NCBI GenBank assembly: GCA_965153285.1
Contig: OZ229126.1
DNA length: 64,000 bases
Source: Podarcis tiliguerta
Taxonomy: Eukaryota
Reading direction: 5' to 3' (one strand)
Under the pieces are notes generated by a model. It was not told the DNA's origin. It worked only from the letters and a program-made list of their open reading frames with translations, and ran no database searches. Below are positions 24,101 through 38,399 of this stretch, piece after piece (within the stretch, counting starts at the first letter, position 1; every line of letters starts with the position of its first letter). Made by a program: the position numbers and the translations under genes.

Positions 24101-27100
24101 CTTTTTGCTGACCAGGTAAGAGCTCCTCTGACTGCAGGAGGGTGGGGGTGGGGAGGAGGCAACAAGGGTGTAGAAAGCAGTGTTTCCACTTGCTTCATGT
24201 TCATCTGCAGGCCACCCCCACCAGCCCCATCAGAATCAAAGTGGACCCCTCACATGATGCCAGCAAAGTCAAGGCCGAGGGACCGGGACTCAACAGGAGT
24301 GGTGAGCTGGGGGACGCTCTGTAAATGGGGGTGAATTGGGGCTGAACTGTATGGCTGGGTACCAGGATCCTTGGAGCCTAAGCTTAGAGCAAAGATGACT
24401 AAAATTCCCTCCAAAGGTACCTGTTTCTCTTAAAATTTGTGCAGGAGCTTTGAAGCTCCAACTCTTTAGACCCACTGATTCCCATACAGTGGTGCCCTGC
24501 AAGACGAATGCCTCGCAAGACTGAAAACCCGCAAGACGAAAGGGTTTTCTGTTTGCAGAGGCGCTTCGCAGGACGAATTTCCCTATGGGCTTGCTTCGCA
24601 AGACGAAAAATGACGAAAAAATTCGAATTTTTTTTTTTGCTCCAAAACCCCTTATTTTGAATCGCTAAGCTGCTAAAAGCATTTTAGCAGCAAAACCGCT
24701 AACCCCCCACCCCTTAAAAAGCCGTTTTTAGCCCTTAAATCGCCAATAGCGCTAATAGCGCTACTCCGTCAATGGGCTTGCTTCGCAAGACGAAAAAACC
24801 GCAAGACGAAAAGACCCGCGGAACGGATTCTTTTCGTCTTGCGAGGCACCACTGTACTTAGACGTATGCATGACTCTGGATCCAGGACCGTGCTTGTGTT
24901 ATGGACTGCCAAATAGTGGGGGCATGATTTATCAATCCTTGGTGGGATAGGGCTTTGTTAGTCCTCAGTACTCCTTGAGGAGCATTTCTACCCCTCCCTC
25001 CCACACTGATAGGATCCTGCGAGTAACCAGGGATTATTGGGAATACTCCCAGGAGGTCACATGGTGGGGAAGGGGCTGTGGTTGGGTTACAGGCCTTCCT
25101 TCCTCTGCTGTCCAAAGTTTCTCCCAAGTTTATGAGGAGAGGGCATCTAAGGGCATTCTCTCTCCAGTGTTGTCCCATCTCTTAGGCAGAAATCCTCAAC
25201 CACCCCTTTGGAAGTCAAGAGTGGATGGTGTGAGGAAGGAAATGGGAATACTGAGCCTCTAGTATGGACAGCTGAAGGCAGCTGACAAAAGCATTTTATT
25301 GAGTGTCCTAATTTGCAAAATGGGTAGAACTCAAACCTAGGCAAGAGGTGGCTTTGGGCGAATGGTTTGTGTCCTAAACTGGATGATTGGGGTGGGGGGA
25401 TTCCAGTAAGCTTTGTACTAAGGAGCTTGTTAGAAATGTTGTTTAACTTTCTCCTCCCTTCACTACAGGTGTGGAGATAGGCAAACCAACCTACTTCACA
25501 GTCAACACAAAGGCAGCTGGCAAGGCTAAGCTGGATGTCCAGTTCACTGGCCCGGCCAAAGGAGAGGCTGTTAGAGACTCTGAAATAATTGACCACCATG
25601 ACAACACTTATACTGTCAAATACACCCCTGTGCAGCAGGTGAGTGATGGGGAGGAGACATGGGATCTTAAGGGCTCTCTTATCCCTGAGGCAAGATTTCT
25701 TGGTCAGTAGCAGACTTCATCCCAGAATACACAAAGCCGGCTAGGATCTGGCGTCTTCAAACTCTAATAAGAGCAAGGAAAGAGGAACCTGGAGTGGCAG
25801 CTTTAGGCAAATAGGATGGTTTGTGGCTTGCATGTAGGGTTGAGGTCCTAGCCTAGCCTTGTCCTGGATGTACTGTATGCAAGGTCCCCCCCCCGCCCCG
25901 CAGAGGAGCCCTTGCTAAGTGTCGGGAGGTGTTGCTGTCCAGATACAGGCTTAGTCTCAATTAAAGTAGGCTTTAGAATCTACTCAGGTTACAAACTAGA
26001 TTTGGCTGTGGCTTGGAGCTGGCAGGATGAGGGCGGGAGAAGGCTGTCTCTTTATCACTCAAAAATGGTGTCTTTAAGTGATGACAGTCATGGTTCTTGA
26101 CTTTCAGGGTAACATTGGAGTGAATGTTACATATGGAGGAGACCACATCCCCAAAAGCCCTTTCAGTGTGGGAGTTGCACCCACCCTGGACCTCGGCAAG
26201 ATCAAGATCTCTGGACTTGGCGACAGTACGTATCCCAGTGACTTAAATGCTGGACACAGCAGTGCCTGTATCTGCTTTTGCTAATCCTGGGAAAGGGTGA
26301 TGAGCTACATACCGTGTTGACCTCTAACCACTCTGCATCTAGCATTTACGACATCATTAAGGCATACTTTTGGCCAGCATGAGGGCTAGAAATCTGCTTC
26401 TAAAACAGGCATATGGATCTCCAGATTTTTGCAGCAGTAACAGGACAGGCTCTTTGTGAAGTCATCCTGGCTGTGGTTGCATCACTGCATGCCTCTATTA
26501 TTTCATCTGTTCAAAATTTCAAGCTGCGGTCTTTCTTGGCTGGTATACCCAAAGAAAATGTCTTTAAAATGTAAAAGTCTTTGCTCATTAGAGTAAGCCT
26601 AATTTTATAAAAGCAGCACAAGAGTCAAATTTGGGAATAAGGTAAGATAGCTCCAGTAAAGGTATTGTGTTCCTACAAGTTATAATTTGATCTAAACCCA
26701 CCCTTAAATTAGTTAGCTTGTCTCTGCCCCCCTCCATTCAAATGAAGATTGAGTTGAACTAGTTCAGTCTTCCCCCAACTTGGTGTTTTCCAGATGCTTT
26801 CAACTACAATGTGCTTGGGGCAAACCATGTTGTAGTCTAAAACATCTGGAGGATACCAGATGTGGAGGAGGGTGATGCCTGAACTGTACAGCTGCTGTTT
26901 ACACAACCCTTGTTGGGTTTCTTTTAAAAAAAAAAAAATTCTTAAAAGGTAACCACCTAATAAAAAAATGATCTATCACACACTTAAAGGTCTACTCTGC
27001 TTCTCTGCAGTCATTGGCTTGTCTGAAGTAGGTTGGCCATGTCAAGTTAATCCCTGAGGATTACAATACAGCCAGTGTTTGCAGCTGGCTGGTAAAGCCT

Positions 27101-30100
27101 TCTGGGATCAGACCAAGAGCCCATCTGTTCCTGCATCCCTTGGGAGGTTTTGGCCCCTGCAAAGCAGATTCAGCAGCTCAGAAGAAATGTCCACATTGAG
27201 AAGTCTTGCATTAATAGGGTTTTGCAGGCCTGCAATTTTGCAGAGCAAATGTAGAATAGTTTTGCTCTGTTGCTTGCTGTCTTGGGTTTATGAGTTCCAG
27301 GAGGCATTGTCCTTCAAGCAGACTCACTTTTGCAAATGTACTTTTACAGCCATAAAAACTAGAGTAGGACCTTTCCTGAGTCCTGGGGCCAAATCACATT
27401 GCACTTAAAACACAGAGTTCTGCCCAAAATGACATCTAGCACTCCTGCTTCTCATCCGCATCCTCTCCCCCAGCAGCAACCCACCCATTAGAACTTGCCC
27501 TGGGGTTTCAGTCAGCTGCATCTTTGCCAACCCAGCTCCCGTCATCCTCTTCACCAGCCTGTGATGTGAAGCAGCGACATCATAATTTTATTTGTATGCT
27601 TTCCTCCTACAAAAAAAATCAAAGCAGCTTTTGCAGCCTAGGAAACGGGAATGCATCTCAATCGGTTGTCACAATAACAATTTCACGGCAAAAGAAAATC
27701 ACAATGGCAAATATAATAACGTACAAAACCCATAATTGCAGTGCTATAAATATAACAAGATTACATTAACACCACACCTCCTGGCAATAGCAGAAATAAC
27801 AAGGGGGGCTGGGCGGTTTCCTCCCGTGATGTTGCCTGTTGTGGCAGCACTAGCAATCCTGCTGCATGTTAAGGGTGAAGCTCAATGCAATGGCCTTTTG
27901 GCAGCTGTGTGAATCTGCAGAATGATTCTAAGCTATTGCAGCAGCATTCTCCTCCTGCCCATCTCCACCCTCCCCCTTGACACATTGCAGTTTCTGTGCT
28001 ATGCAATGTGTGTACATTCCTCCCCATACCATGTGGCAGAGCCTCCACACAATAAGAATCCCTGACAACCCATCTGTGCTCCCAGGATCAGAAAGCTTTA
28101 AACTGGTCTTGTGGAGTGTTGCCCCAACAAGATTGGGGGCATTTTGTCTCACAGGCATTTTGTCTCTACTACAACCCCACCCCAGGAAGGGTTTTGGGGT
28201 TCCATGGAGGTCAAACCATGATGGGAAAATTCCCCATTTTTAGATGCCTCCCAAGTGGCAGCTGGATTAAAAATCTTTGCTTCCTGGAGACCTGCCAGGG
28301 CCAAATGATTGGAAGCACTCCAAGGTCTTTGTTTTTTTCAGGAAACATTAGTCATGCCAGTATTTCTCCCTCCCCGCAACTTAACCCCAGCCACAAAGTA
28401 TTGTCACCTTCTCTAGGCCTTAGGAAGTGGTGCCATAAATCTGAGAATCCGCTGTCTAGGAATCCAGTGGATGGTTCTGTCTTTGCAATTCTTAAGCCGC
28501 TCTCTATAGGGCAGGCAAAGCAGTGGATTTGGGGGTAGGAATGCTTGGCCCGCAAGAGAAGGATCTCTCCCCTCCTTTTTTAATTCAAAGGGCCAAATAC
28601 ACTTAAGATCTGACACAGACATGCACATGCATGTATACCCCGCCTCTACCCCCCGCACATTGTTTTTTGCAGAAGTGGAAGTGGGCAAGGACCAGGAGTT
28701 CACCGTCAAGTCCAAGGGGGCTGGTGGCCAAGGCAAGGTGGCTGCCAAGATCACAGGCCCCTCCAGCAAGCCTGTGCCCTGCAAGGTGGAGCCAGGCCTC
28801 AGCTCCGACAACAGCGTGGTGAAGTTCATCCCCCGGGAAGAGGGGCCTTATGAAGTAGACGTGACCTATGATGGCGTGCCAGTCCCAGGCAGCCCCTTCC
28901 CTGTGGAGGCTGTACCCCCCACCAACCCATCCAAGGTAGGAGCTCCTCATCCCACCCCCCACCCCCCATTAACGTGGCAGAGGGATTGGGCCTTGTGGGC
29001 TGATTCATAGTCTCTGTGTGGAGGTGCAGAACCACCTCCTGTGTTCTAGAACTCTGGGCGGTTTCTTGCAGCATGTATGTGGTGGTGGTGGTCTCATGGG
29101 GCATGCACAGAGTGCCCCGTTTTTGAAGTGCCTTTCCTCACCAAATTTGTTTTGTCCTAAATCTTGACTTTTCTTTCTTCCTGTCTCAAACCTTCCACTC
29201 TTGTAACTTCACAGTACAATAACATTCTGACCTAGCTAGTGAGCTCTAGCCATTTCATGTACTTAGACCAAGCCAAGTGGGCCTGGTTAGGGGGCTTACG
29301 GAGGCCCTGTGGGCAGGAAACCACTATTATGCAGACAGCAAGCCCTTAAAAGTCTAGATTAATCTGACGGTGTGGATGTTGGTTCTTCCAGTGGGTGGGG
29401 GGCTTAAATATTTGTGTGTGTGCACATGCCTAATAAAGAATATGTGTGACCATAGTAGGAGAGACGCATCCTCTCCCTGGGCAAATTAGTGCTTGAGTTT
29501 CCAAAAAATCCCCAAAACCTGAATGCCCTTAATTCTTCTTTCCTGAAAAGGAGGGCTTGTCTAGTAGTGCAGACTTGAGTCGAGGTGGGGGCTGTACTGA
29601 CTAATTTCTGGGTGGGGGAGTATGCTGTTCTCCTCCATATGTTGTAAGTCCTATCATCCCTGACCATTGGCCATGCTGGCTGCTGGGACTGCTAGGAGCT
29701 GGGAGTGAGATGGCACCTGGAAGAGGGGCCCCGGTCCCCCATCCTCCCTGGACTAGAGCCTTCTCATCGCTGTGTTAATTTGTCTCTGGGTGGTTGCCGC
29801 TGTAGATCTGCACACATCTCCATGAACTCTGTCACTCAGAGCCCTGCATAGGTCTGAAGGGGCAAGTTGACCATTTATAAAGCATTTATCTTCATCTGGG
29901 TGCAGCAAAAAGTCACCTTTTGAAGGTGGGAGGGTTTGCCTTGATAAATCCTTTTTATTTAAAGGTCTTGTTTGATGGGACAAAGTGACCATGAAGCATT
30001 CTTCTTCTGTCTTCTCTTTCCTTGTCCCAGGTGAAGGCCTATGGACCAGGCCTGAAGGGTGGCTTGGCTGGCGCTCCTGCCCCCTTTACCATAGATACCA

Positions 30101-33100
30101 AAGGGGCTGGCAACGGAGGCCTTGGCCTGACTGTGGAGGGCCCTTGTGAGGCCAAGATAGAGTGCCTGGACAATGGAGATGGCACCTGCTCCGTCTCTTA
30201 CCTGCCCACGGAGCCTGGCGAATACAACATCAACATCCTCTTTGCTGACACCCATGTGCCGGGCTCTCCCTTCAAAGCCCAGGTGCTGCCTGGCTTTGAT
30301 CCGTCCAAAGTGAAGTGTTCGGGGCCAGGGCTGGAGCACGCCACGGTGGGGCAGGCGGGAGAGTTCAGCGTGGACTGCTCCAGCGCCGGCAGCGCAGAGC
30401 TCACCATTGAGATCATTTCGGAAAGCGGCACACAGGCTGAGGTCCACGTGCGGGATAATGGCGATGGCACCTACACCATCACTTACATCCCTCTCTGCCC
30501 GGGTGTCTACACCATCACAATCAAATACGGTGGGCAGCCTGTGCCAAACTTCCCCAGCAAGCTCAACGTGGAACCAGCTGTGGACACGTCTGGAGTTAAA
30601 GTCTACGGGCCCGGAGTGGAAGGCAAAGGTGAGGCTGGCTGGGCCCTCTCCTCGGGAGAGACAGAAGGGGTAGAAAGTCAAACCTGTTATATACTGGTGA
30701 CAAGTGGGCACAGTATGCTGGTAAACCATTTTGTCCTGAGCCTGGGGCTTCATAATAAGGGGCTTGGAGGTGTAGGCTAGGGAAGAGAGTAATGGGGGGT
30801 GAAGACCCTTCAGCTCAAGCTTGGCTGTGATAGATGGCCTCCATCTTGCCCTGAGCATGTCTTATTTGGCCTGGGGATACTTCAGGCGATGGGTGCAAAC
30901 ACCTTGGGGCTTTGGCTCAGACCCACATTCCAAATTACTTTCCCAGGTGATGCTGGATACAGTGTAGGGCCTCGGGTCATTCATGAAACAGGATGCAAAA
31001 TGAGACTGGGTTGGGAGAGTCCTGTTGTGCAGCCTCCTTCCGTATTCCGTGACTTCTGACCCTGCTTGTGCTCACCAGGTGTGTTCCGTGAAGCCACCAC
31101 AGAGTTCAGCGTAGATGCACGAGCCCTGACTAAGGCTGGAGGCCCTCATGTCAAGACGAGAGTGTCCAATCCCTCAGGAAACCTGACCGAGAGCTATGTG
31201 CGTGATAATGGGGATGGGACCTACCATGTGGAGTACACTCCATATGAAGATGGTGAGAGAGCTGTGTAGCGGCAGGGAGGGGTGTTCATGATGTGGGGAG
31301 CCCCCTTGGTACTGATGGTGCAGACCCTAATGGAGGGCTGTGGATTTCCAAGATCCTCTTCAATGCTTGCCTCACAGACTGCCCTTTTTGCTTTGAAAAT
31401 GTGCCCAGTTTCATGGCCAATTAAAGCTGTTGTTCAGTCTTCAGTGTTCAGCCACCTGAGACTTCTGGCCCTACTATTGGGCAAGATGAGGTGACCTCCT
31501 TTTTGGAAACTGTGGAGAGTGAAAATGTGTGTGTAGCATGCACACATGCTCTTTAATCATGACTGTTAAGCACGTGCTCCATCAAACCTTTTTGCCTCAT
31601 ATATCAAAATGTCTTGGGCTGCTTGAGCCTAGGCATTAAGGGAATAGTGCCAGAGGAGTGAGCATGGCTGCCACCAGTCTGCGCACACCTGAGGTCACAG
31701 GAGGGCTTCCATGATGCATAGGCTTTGAAGTTTGAGGCATAGCACCCAAGAGCTCCAGCTTTCCCCCTTCTTCTTCTTCAGGTGTCCACTCTATTGATGT
31801 GACTTACAACGGCAGCCCTGTGCCGAGCAGCCCCTTCCGGGTGCCAGTAACAGAAGGATGTGACCCCACAAGGGTTCGAGTGCATGGTCCTGGCATCCAA
31901 AGTGGGACCACCAACAAGCCCAACAAATTCACGGTGGAGACCAGGTAAAACTGGAGAGAGACCAAGGAGGATTGCTGTGCAAAGGGGCCTGAGAAGGGCA
32001 TCGCCTCCTGGTTTGGGCAGCCGACCTTGCCTGCTCCCTTGGGAGGTGCAGCCCAGCCATCAAAAGAAGCTGTGCTAATCTGGAATGGGCAGGAAGGAGG
32101 TCATCTGCTATCCTCTAATGGATCACCTTGGTGACTGCTAGGAATCTTGCAGGAATGCTGGGCTTTAATATGCAATAGCATAAAGTAAATTAAAAGTTTT
32201 GTGCGTTTTATAATATTGCAGGCTAAGCACCCTTAGTAAAGGTTTCATTCTTTTAGTGTTTTGAATCTTAGTTGCTTTTATGTGGTAAGTGACAAATGTA
32301 ATAAATGTGAAAGGCATCTCTTTAATGAGATGAGATCCTGGCCAGCTTTTTGCGGTCACAGTAATGCAGCACTGAGCTAGTTAGAGAAGCAGCCTGGAAA
32401 ATGAAGTCGGCTCCTAGCAGTAGCACTTGTAAAGGTGGAGAGAACATAAGAAAAAAATGCTCTCTCCATTGGGGTTCCTTTGCTTTGCATCGAATCTGCT
32501 TCCTTCAGGGCCCAAAGATTGGCGAGAAAGTGTGTTAAAAGTATAAGCAGGAAAACATGGTTGGAAGGACAGATAAGACTAGGCAGGCTGTGGTCTGATC
32601 CAGCCACCCAGGCAAAACAAGATAGCATACTTAAGCTACAACTAATCCTTAAGGCAACCAAAATGGTTTCTTGCTCTGTGAATTTTAAATTTTTAAATTC
32701 ATTGGCCTGTGGGGATTTTAGCTTTTTAAGAGTTCACACAAGATTCATTGGCCCACCCCAGAACTGTTCTTAATGGAAGCACTTCCACTTCCACTGCGCT
32801 TCTAAGTTGCTTGAACAGGAGCTTCCTGGTTCACTTCCTCAATCTTCTTTGCCTGAGGCAATGAGTCTGTGGCGACTGCCAACTATCACAGGCTTTGATA
32901 TGTTGATCAATTGGGGCCTTTTAGAGTCAAAACTGGTTTCTTCTTCTACAGGGGTGCTGGTTCTGGTGGACTGGGCCTAGCTGTTGAAGGTCCCTCTGAA
33001 GCAAAGATGTCCTGCACTGACAACAAAGATGGCAGCTGTTCAGTGGAATACATTCCCTATGAACCTGGCACCTACAACCTCAACGTCACTTATGGTGGCC

Positions 33101-36100
33101 ACCAAGTGCCAGGTACCGATTGGGGCTGCGTTGTGTGTGTGGCAGTGGTAGGCAGGAAGTGGCATGGGCAACTGATTTATAGGTTGGTGATGGTGGTATC
33201 TTCTGTCGCTCTTGGCATACATGGCCCTAGAGAGGGAGAGGGAGCCTCTGGCCCATGGTCCTAATGAGTTCTGGCAGGAGTCCTAATTTAGCCCACAATA
33301 GTTTTCCCTGAGTCCTGCCCACCTGCCATCATATTGCATTTGGTGTGAGGCAGGTAAAGATGCGGCTTCCTGCCTAAAGTGGGATTTGACTGAATTGCTG
33401 TTGGGGATTGCAATGTTTTGTGCCTTTGGCCAAGTGCTTTCTTTTGCACTGCCTGGGCAAAGGAAACACATTGCCAGCTGCCATGGTAACATCAGGTGAT
33501 TGACACCTGGGTGGCCCTGCACACCTGCCAAAATGGCTGACAAGGTCTGGGTGACCTAGGGATCTGGTCCACTGACCGGAAAAGATTGCTCTTCCCTTGG
33601 CTCCACAATTCAATTGTTGCTCTTGATTTTTCACCACTTTGGTGTTTTCTTTTTTGCGGGCAGGGCACTGGTGGAAATTTAGGCTGCCTTTCTAGCCAAA
33701 AGAAAGGCATATAGTCCCATTAGGCTCTCCTGGTACCTAAATAATGAAAGCAAGATTTCAAACTGCCCCAGGTTCCTTGGCCTAAATATTCCGCAAAAGA
33801 AGTTTATATCCATCTCTGTTTTGCGTTCTTGGTGCATTTCGTCAGCTCTCCTCTGAGCAATCTCCAGCAAAGCAGGACTGGGCTGGGCCTGCAGGATGGT
33901 GTAATGCTTAGTGTGGGGTCAAAGGCTGCGGACCGTAGGGCACAGGGGTGGGGGACCTGTGACTCCCCAACTCCCATCATTGCTGAGCATTTGTCATGCC
34001 GCCTGTGGCCCTTCCAGCTCTACAATTCTATGGTTTTATGATTGTACGCTTCGCTTGAGTCCCCTGGAAGATCAAAGAGACAGGCAATTGGATTGCAAAT
34101 AGGACTTGCTGGTTAGGAAAGTTGGCCTCCTGAAACACAAGCGCGGGTGGGACTCAAAAGCAAGAGACTTCTTTTAAAACTGCATTTGATGTAAGGAGTG
34201 TGTGCTTTACCTGAAACCCTGGAGTGGTTTCTGGGCTCAAATCCAACCTTTTTCATCCCCTTCTCTCTCTCTTCATAGGGAGCCCCTTCAAAGTGCCTGT
34301 GCATGATGTGATAGATTCATCTAAAGTTAAATGTTCAGGCCCTGGCCTGACTCCAGGTGTTGTCAGAGCCAATGTCCCCCAGTCCTTCACGGTTGACACC
34401 AGCAAGGCAGGTGTGGCACCCCTCCAGGTCAAAGTTCAGGGCCCTAAAGGTAAGCAAATCTCGGCTTGACTAGACCAGTAGTGCCTTCCTGGGGCTTGGC
34501 CCTTCTCTCACCTGTTGAACTCTTCCTGCAGGAGTGGTGGAGCCTGTAGATGTGGTGGACAATGCTGACGGGACTCAGACCGCGAGCTACGTGCCAAGCC
34601 GGGAAGGCCCATACAGCATTGCTGTGCACTATGGAGATGAGGAGGTGCCCCGCAGGTATGGGTTGTGGATTGGCCGCAGCTTCTAGCCCCTCTGAGCCAA
34701 GGCAGAGACTCTAACAGTGATGGCTGCTTTTTGATATTTCCAAAGCTTCAGATGATTTCACCATTTACTAGAAATCCAGAGTGTTTGTAAACCCAGCACT
34801 TGAGAATCTGAGGCTTGGGGACTTATGTCCCCAACTAATGTTTTTAAAGTTTCATTGAACACGTTGGGCAAGTTGTTTGAGAGAGGGCCTCTGCAAATCT
34901 ATTAAAGACTCCAATGTAATCCATGTAATCAATGTTGGAAGCAAAGCCTTATGCCACAGATCTTTTTGTCTCTTGCTGTTGACTGGCAAATTGTGTTAGA
35001 GCAAAAACTGGCACAAGACTTGAAAGCTTTTCCTGGAACACTGAGCCCAGTGTACAATGTCTTACACTTACCAGTTGTTTCTGCTGAATGTGCTGTCCTG
35101 TCAATGGGAACTTCTCATGGGTAGAGGATTCCCTCAGGCTGCAGTGGCCTCAGATTGCTATATAATGCCTTTATTTTGTGTAAGAGAAAGATGAACACCT
35201 GTGCAGCCTGGAATTGAGGGATGGGGGTGTGGCCATCTCTGTCAGTTGCCTAACATTAACAGAGGCACTTCTCTCCCTCCCTCTTTTATATGCTCACAGT
35301 CCATTCAAGGTTAAGGTTCTTCCCACACATGATGCCAGCAAGGTAAAGGCTAGTGGCCCAGGACTGAACACAACAGGTGTGCCAGCCAGCCTGCCTGTGG
35401 AGTTCACAATTGATGCCAAGGATGCTGGAGAGGGCTTGCTGGCCGTCCAGATCACCGTAAGTGGAACAATGTCCACAGGGGAGATGAATTCAGGTTGGGG
35501 GTTGTTGTGAGAAGGCCTTCAGGGCAGAGGGGTCGGTTCCACGGTAGATACTTGGGGGAGAAATGAATGGGAGATGATGTGGAAAATATGGGACAAGTCT
35601 GAAGGTACACATAAGCTGCAGTCAGGTGGACTGTGAGCTCCTTCATTCAGTCACATGGTGGCACTGCCTTGTGGCAACATCTTCACTGATTTCTATAAGC
35701 CCTATGGTCACATAGCCATACTTGCTGTCCTGTACAGGAGTGGGAGCTTTGATAACATTTCCAAATGGCAGGAAACGCTGCTTTGTTCATTTTCCAGAGC
35801 TTTCTGCCCTTGACTCAGGCTACCCTTCTCATCCTATACTTAGAAGGGCCACCAATTCTGCACTTGGTGAGAGTCTCTTGACTCCTGAGTATCCCACTGC
35901 AGCAAGACGGTAGATTTCAGTACTCATTTTGAACCAGAGGTCTATAGTGGTGGCAAGCCTTAAGCTGAGCTTGCATCTAAAGCACAACAAGGGTTTTGTG
36001 TAGGTCACTGACCAATTTCACAACTCCTCCTTGGTAATCCCAGTTTATTCATGCCTTGCTCAGCCCCCCCCCCCCTTTTAAACATAAAATGTCCTTTCAG

Positions 36101-38364
36101 TGCTTTCCTATGTAACAGCAAGAAATGCCCATGGCAGCAGCTGTCCTTCTTGTGCCATACTGGGTTCAAGTGGGTTTTCACTCATACAAATTCCTGTCAG
36201 ATTCTCGTGACCATAACAACTTGGGGCAGGGACCTAGGTTTTGAATGGCTGCTGCAGTTGCCGCCTCTTAACTTGAAATGCTTGCCTTCCTTCTAAACCC
36301 CCCTTCCTGGGCTGTGCCGTGGCCAGGATCCTGAGGGCAAGCCCAAAAAAGCCACCATCCGTGACAACCAAGATGGCACCTACACTGTGTCGTATGTCCC
36401 AGACATGACCGGCCGGTACACTATCCTCATCAAGTACGGTGGGGATGAGATCCCCTACTCGCCATACCGCATCCGGGCCCTGCCCACTGGCGACGCCAGC
36501 AAGTGCACCGTCACAGGTGAGCGCTCCTCCCAGGTGAGGGTCTTGTGGGGGGGTGAGGGCTGCTGGAGGGTGGGGCGAGCCACGCTAAAATAATGCCACG
36601 CCCTCCCACCACATTGATTGCTTTTTGCCGGGCACATCCGGCCACACCGCTCACCCACCGTGGGGAGGGAAATGCCACATTGCCTACATTCTCCTGTGTT
36701 TTATTTTAATTGTGCACTGTTCCGTGTGATTCTTGTCTCACTCTGATTACCCTTGCTCTTTGCCCTTTCACCTCAGTGTCGATTGGAGGTCATGGGCTAG
36801 GTAAGCAGCTTGCTAATGGCTTCCTTCCCCCACCCCAAGTATGCCTGCCTGCCTGCCTGCTCTCGCTGCTTCCTTTTCTGCTGCATGGTCTCACACTGGC
36901 ATTGGGCTCCACCTCTGCCCCAGGTCAGAGAGGAGAGGGCAGCCAGGCTTCCCTGCCCAAAGGGCTGGTTGGACTGCTCCATCTGGAAGGGACCTCTTGT
37001 TCTCAAAGTAGGTGCCTGCTGAAAACTGGGTCAGTTGCTAACATAGAACTTCACAGAACCTGGATAAAAGCTGCCATTTCCCTGGTTAGGCTATAAAAGA
37101 AGCATATGTATTCCTTGGTCTGTTAAGACCTTGCCAGGACCAAAATGATCAGGCGGGCGCTTAAAGTGCAGTGCCACTGATTAAAGCTTCTAGTTCAGGG
37201 ATTGTCGGGGGGGGGGGGGGGAGGCTGTGGCACTTGCAGTGGTGCACCTCCTCCCAGACATAGCCAGCATGGCCCAGTGGTCAGGGATGATGAGAACTGT
37301 AGTCCCCATATCTGAAGGGACACAGCCCTGCTTTAGTTGTTGTTTGTTTGGGGCTTTTAAAAAAATGATCTGCCCTGCGCTTGCTGCTAAACAAGAACTG
37401 TTTTCAGTAGCTCCCTTTGATACCTGCTCCACCTTCAGCAAACATATGATGAGTTTGAATGATAGGACTTGTGCCAGCATAAGGGAATGCCAGCTTTCCA
37501 AGTAGCGCACATGAAGGCAGTGGGGCCCGTACTTTGTCTTAACCCATTATGGACTATTGAAATCAGTAGTGGCTCTTCAGGGGCCCAGGCAGAGGCCTTT
37601 TGCAGACCTGCTAGAGAAGCTGTTCCTTGAAGCAAAGATGCTAGGGGTCAAAACAGGGTCCTTCCTTCCTTTCTTTTTCATTTTTCAGTTTTTTACTTGC
37701 AGAGATGAGCCACTAGTTTGCACCTGCTGGAACATATTCACTTTTTGCTTCTTCCAGCAGGATAGGATTGCTGTGAACTAAGCCTCTGCTTCAGAGGCAG
37801 AAAAGAGGCAACTTTTGGGGAGGGGGAGGGAGAGCTGGCAGCCTTGCATTTTCTCCAACCCTAGCCATTGATAGGAAGCAAGGAGGTGGATCTGAATGTT
37901 AGTGGTGGGTTGGATTATGGCTGTCATGGTACATTTCCCCCTTCCACCCCCTTCTCTCCACCCTCCCTGCCTCCCCAAATAGTCCTCTCCTACCCTTTGC
38001 CTCCATCTTCCATCTCCTGCTGTGCTTGCCTAATGAGGGGCGTGAGCTTGTGAATCAGGAAATGGATCAGGTACATGCATGTTTCTTAACTCTGGGGAAG
38101 GCTTCTGTCTACAGGCAGGCATGTTGCAAGCATTGTGGTGGCTCAGGTGACCACTTTAGGTTTGTGGGAGTCCTTGTTGATGTTGTCTTGGCTTTCCACA
38201 AGAAGTGTGCCTCAGAGGTCTGTATCAGGCACGTGAACAGATTTTGTTTGCCACATTTCTTTACTGTCAAATAGGTTGAAAACTCTGAGCAGTTCACAAG
38301 AATAAGGGGCTAAAACTGTAACACATAAAAATCTAAAACAACTACAGAATAAATTATTATTATT

Positions 38365-38399
<35 letters not shown>

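Noticed and set aside
24487-24854. CRISPR-like repeat/spacer pattern
   Set aside because: Repeats are only 11 bp, irregularly spaced and enclosed by TIRs with a TA TSD in a vertebrate intron.
29959-30858. 299-aa minus-strand ORF
   Set aside because: Antisense shadow of the GC-rich FLNA exon 22.
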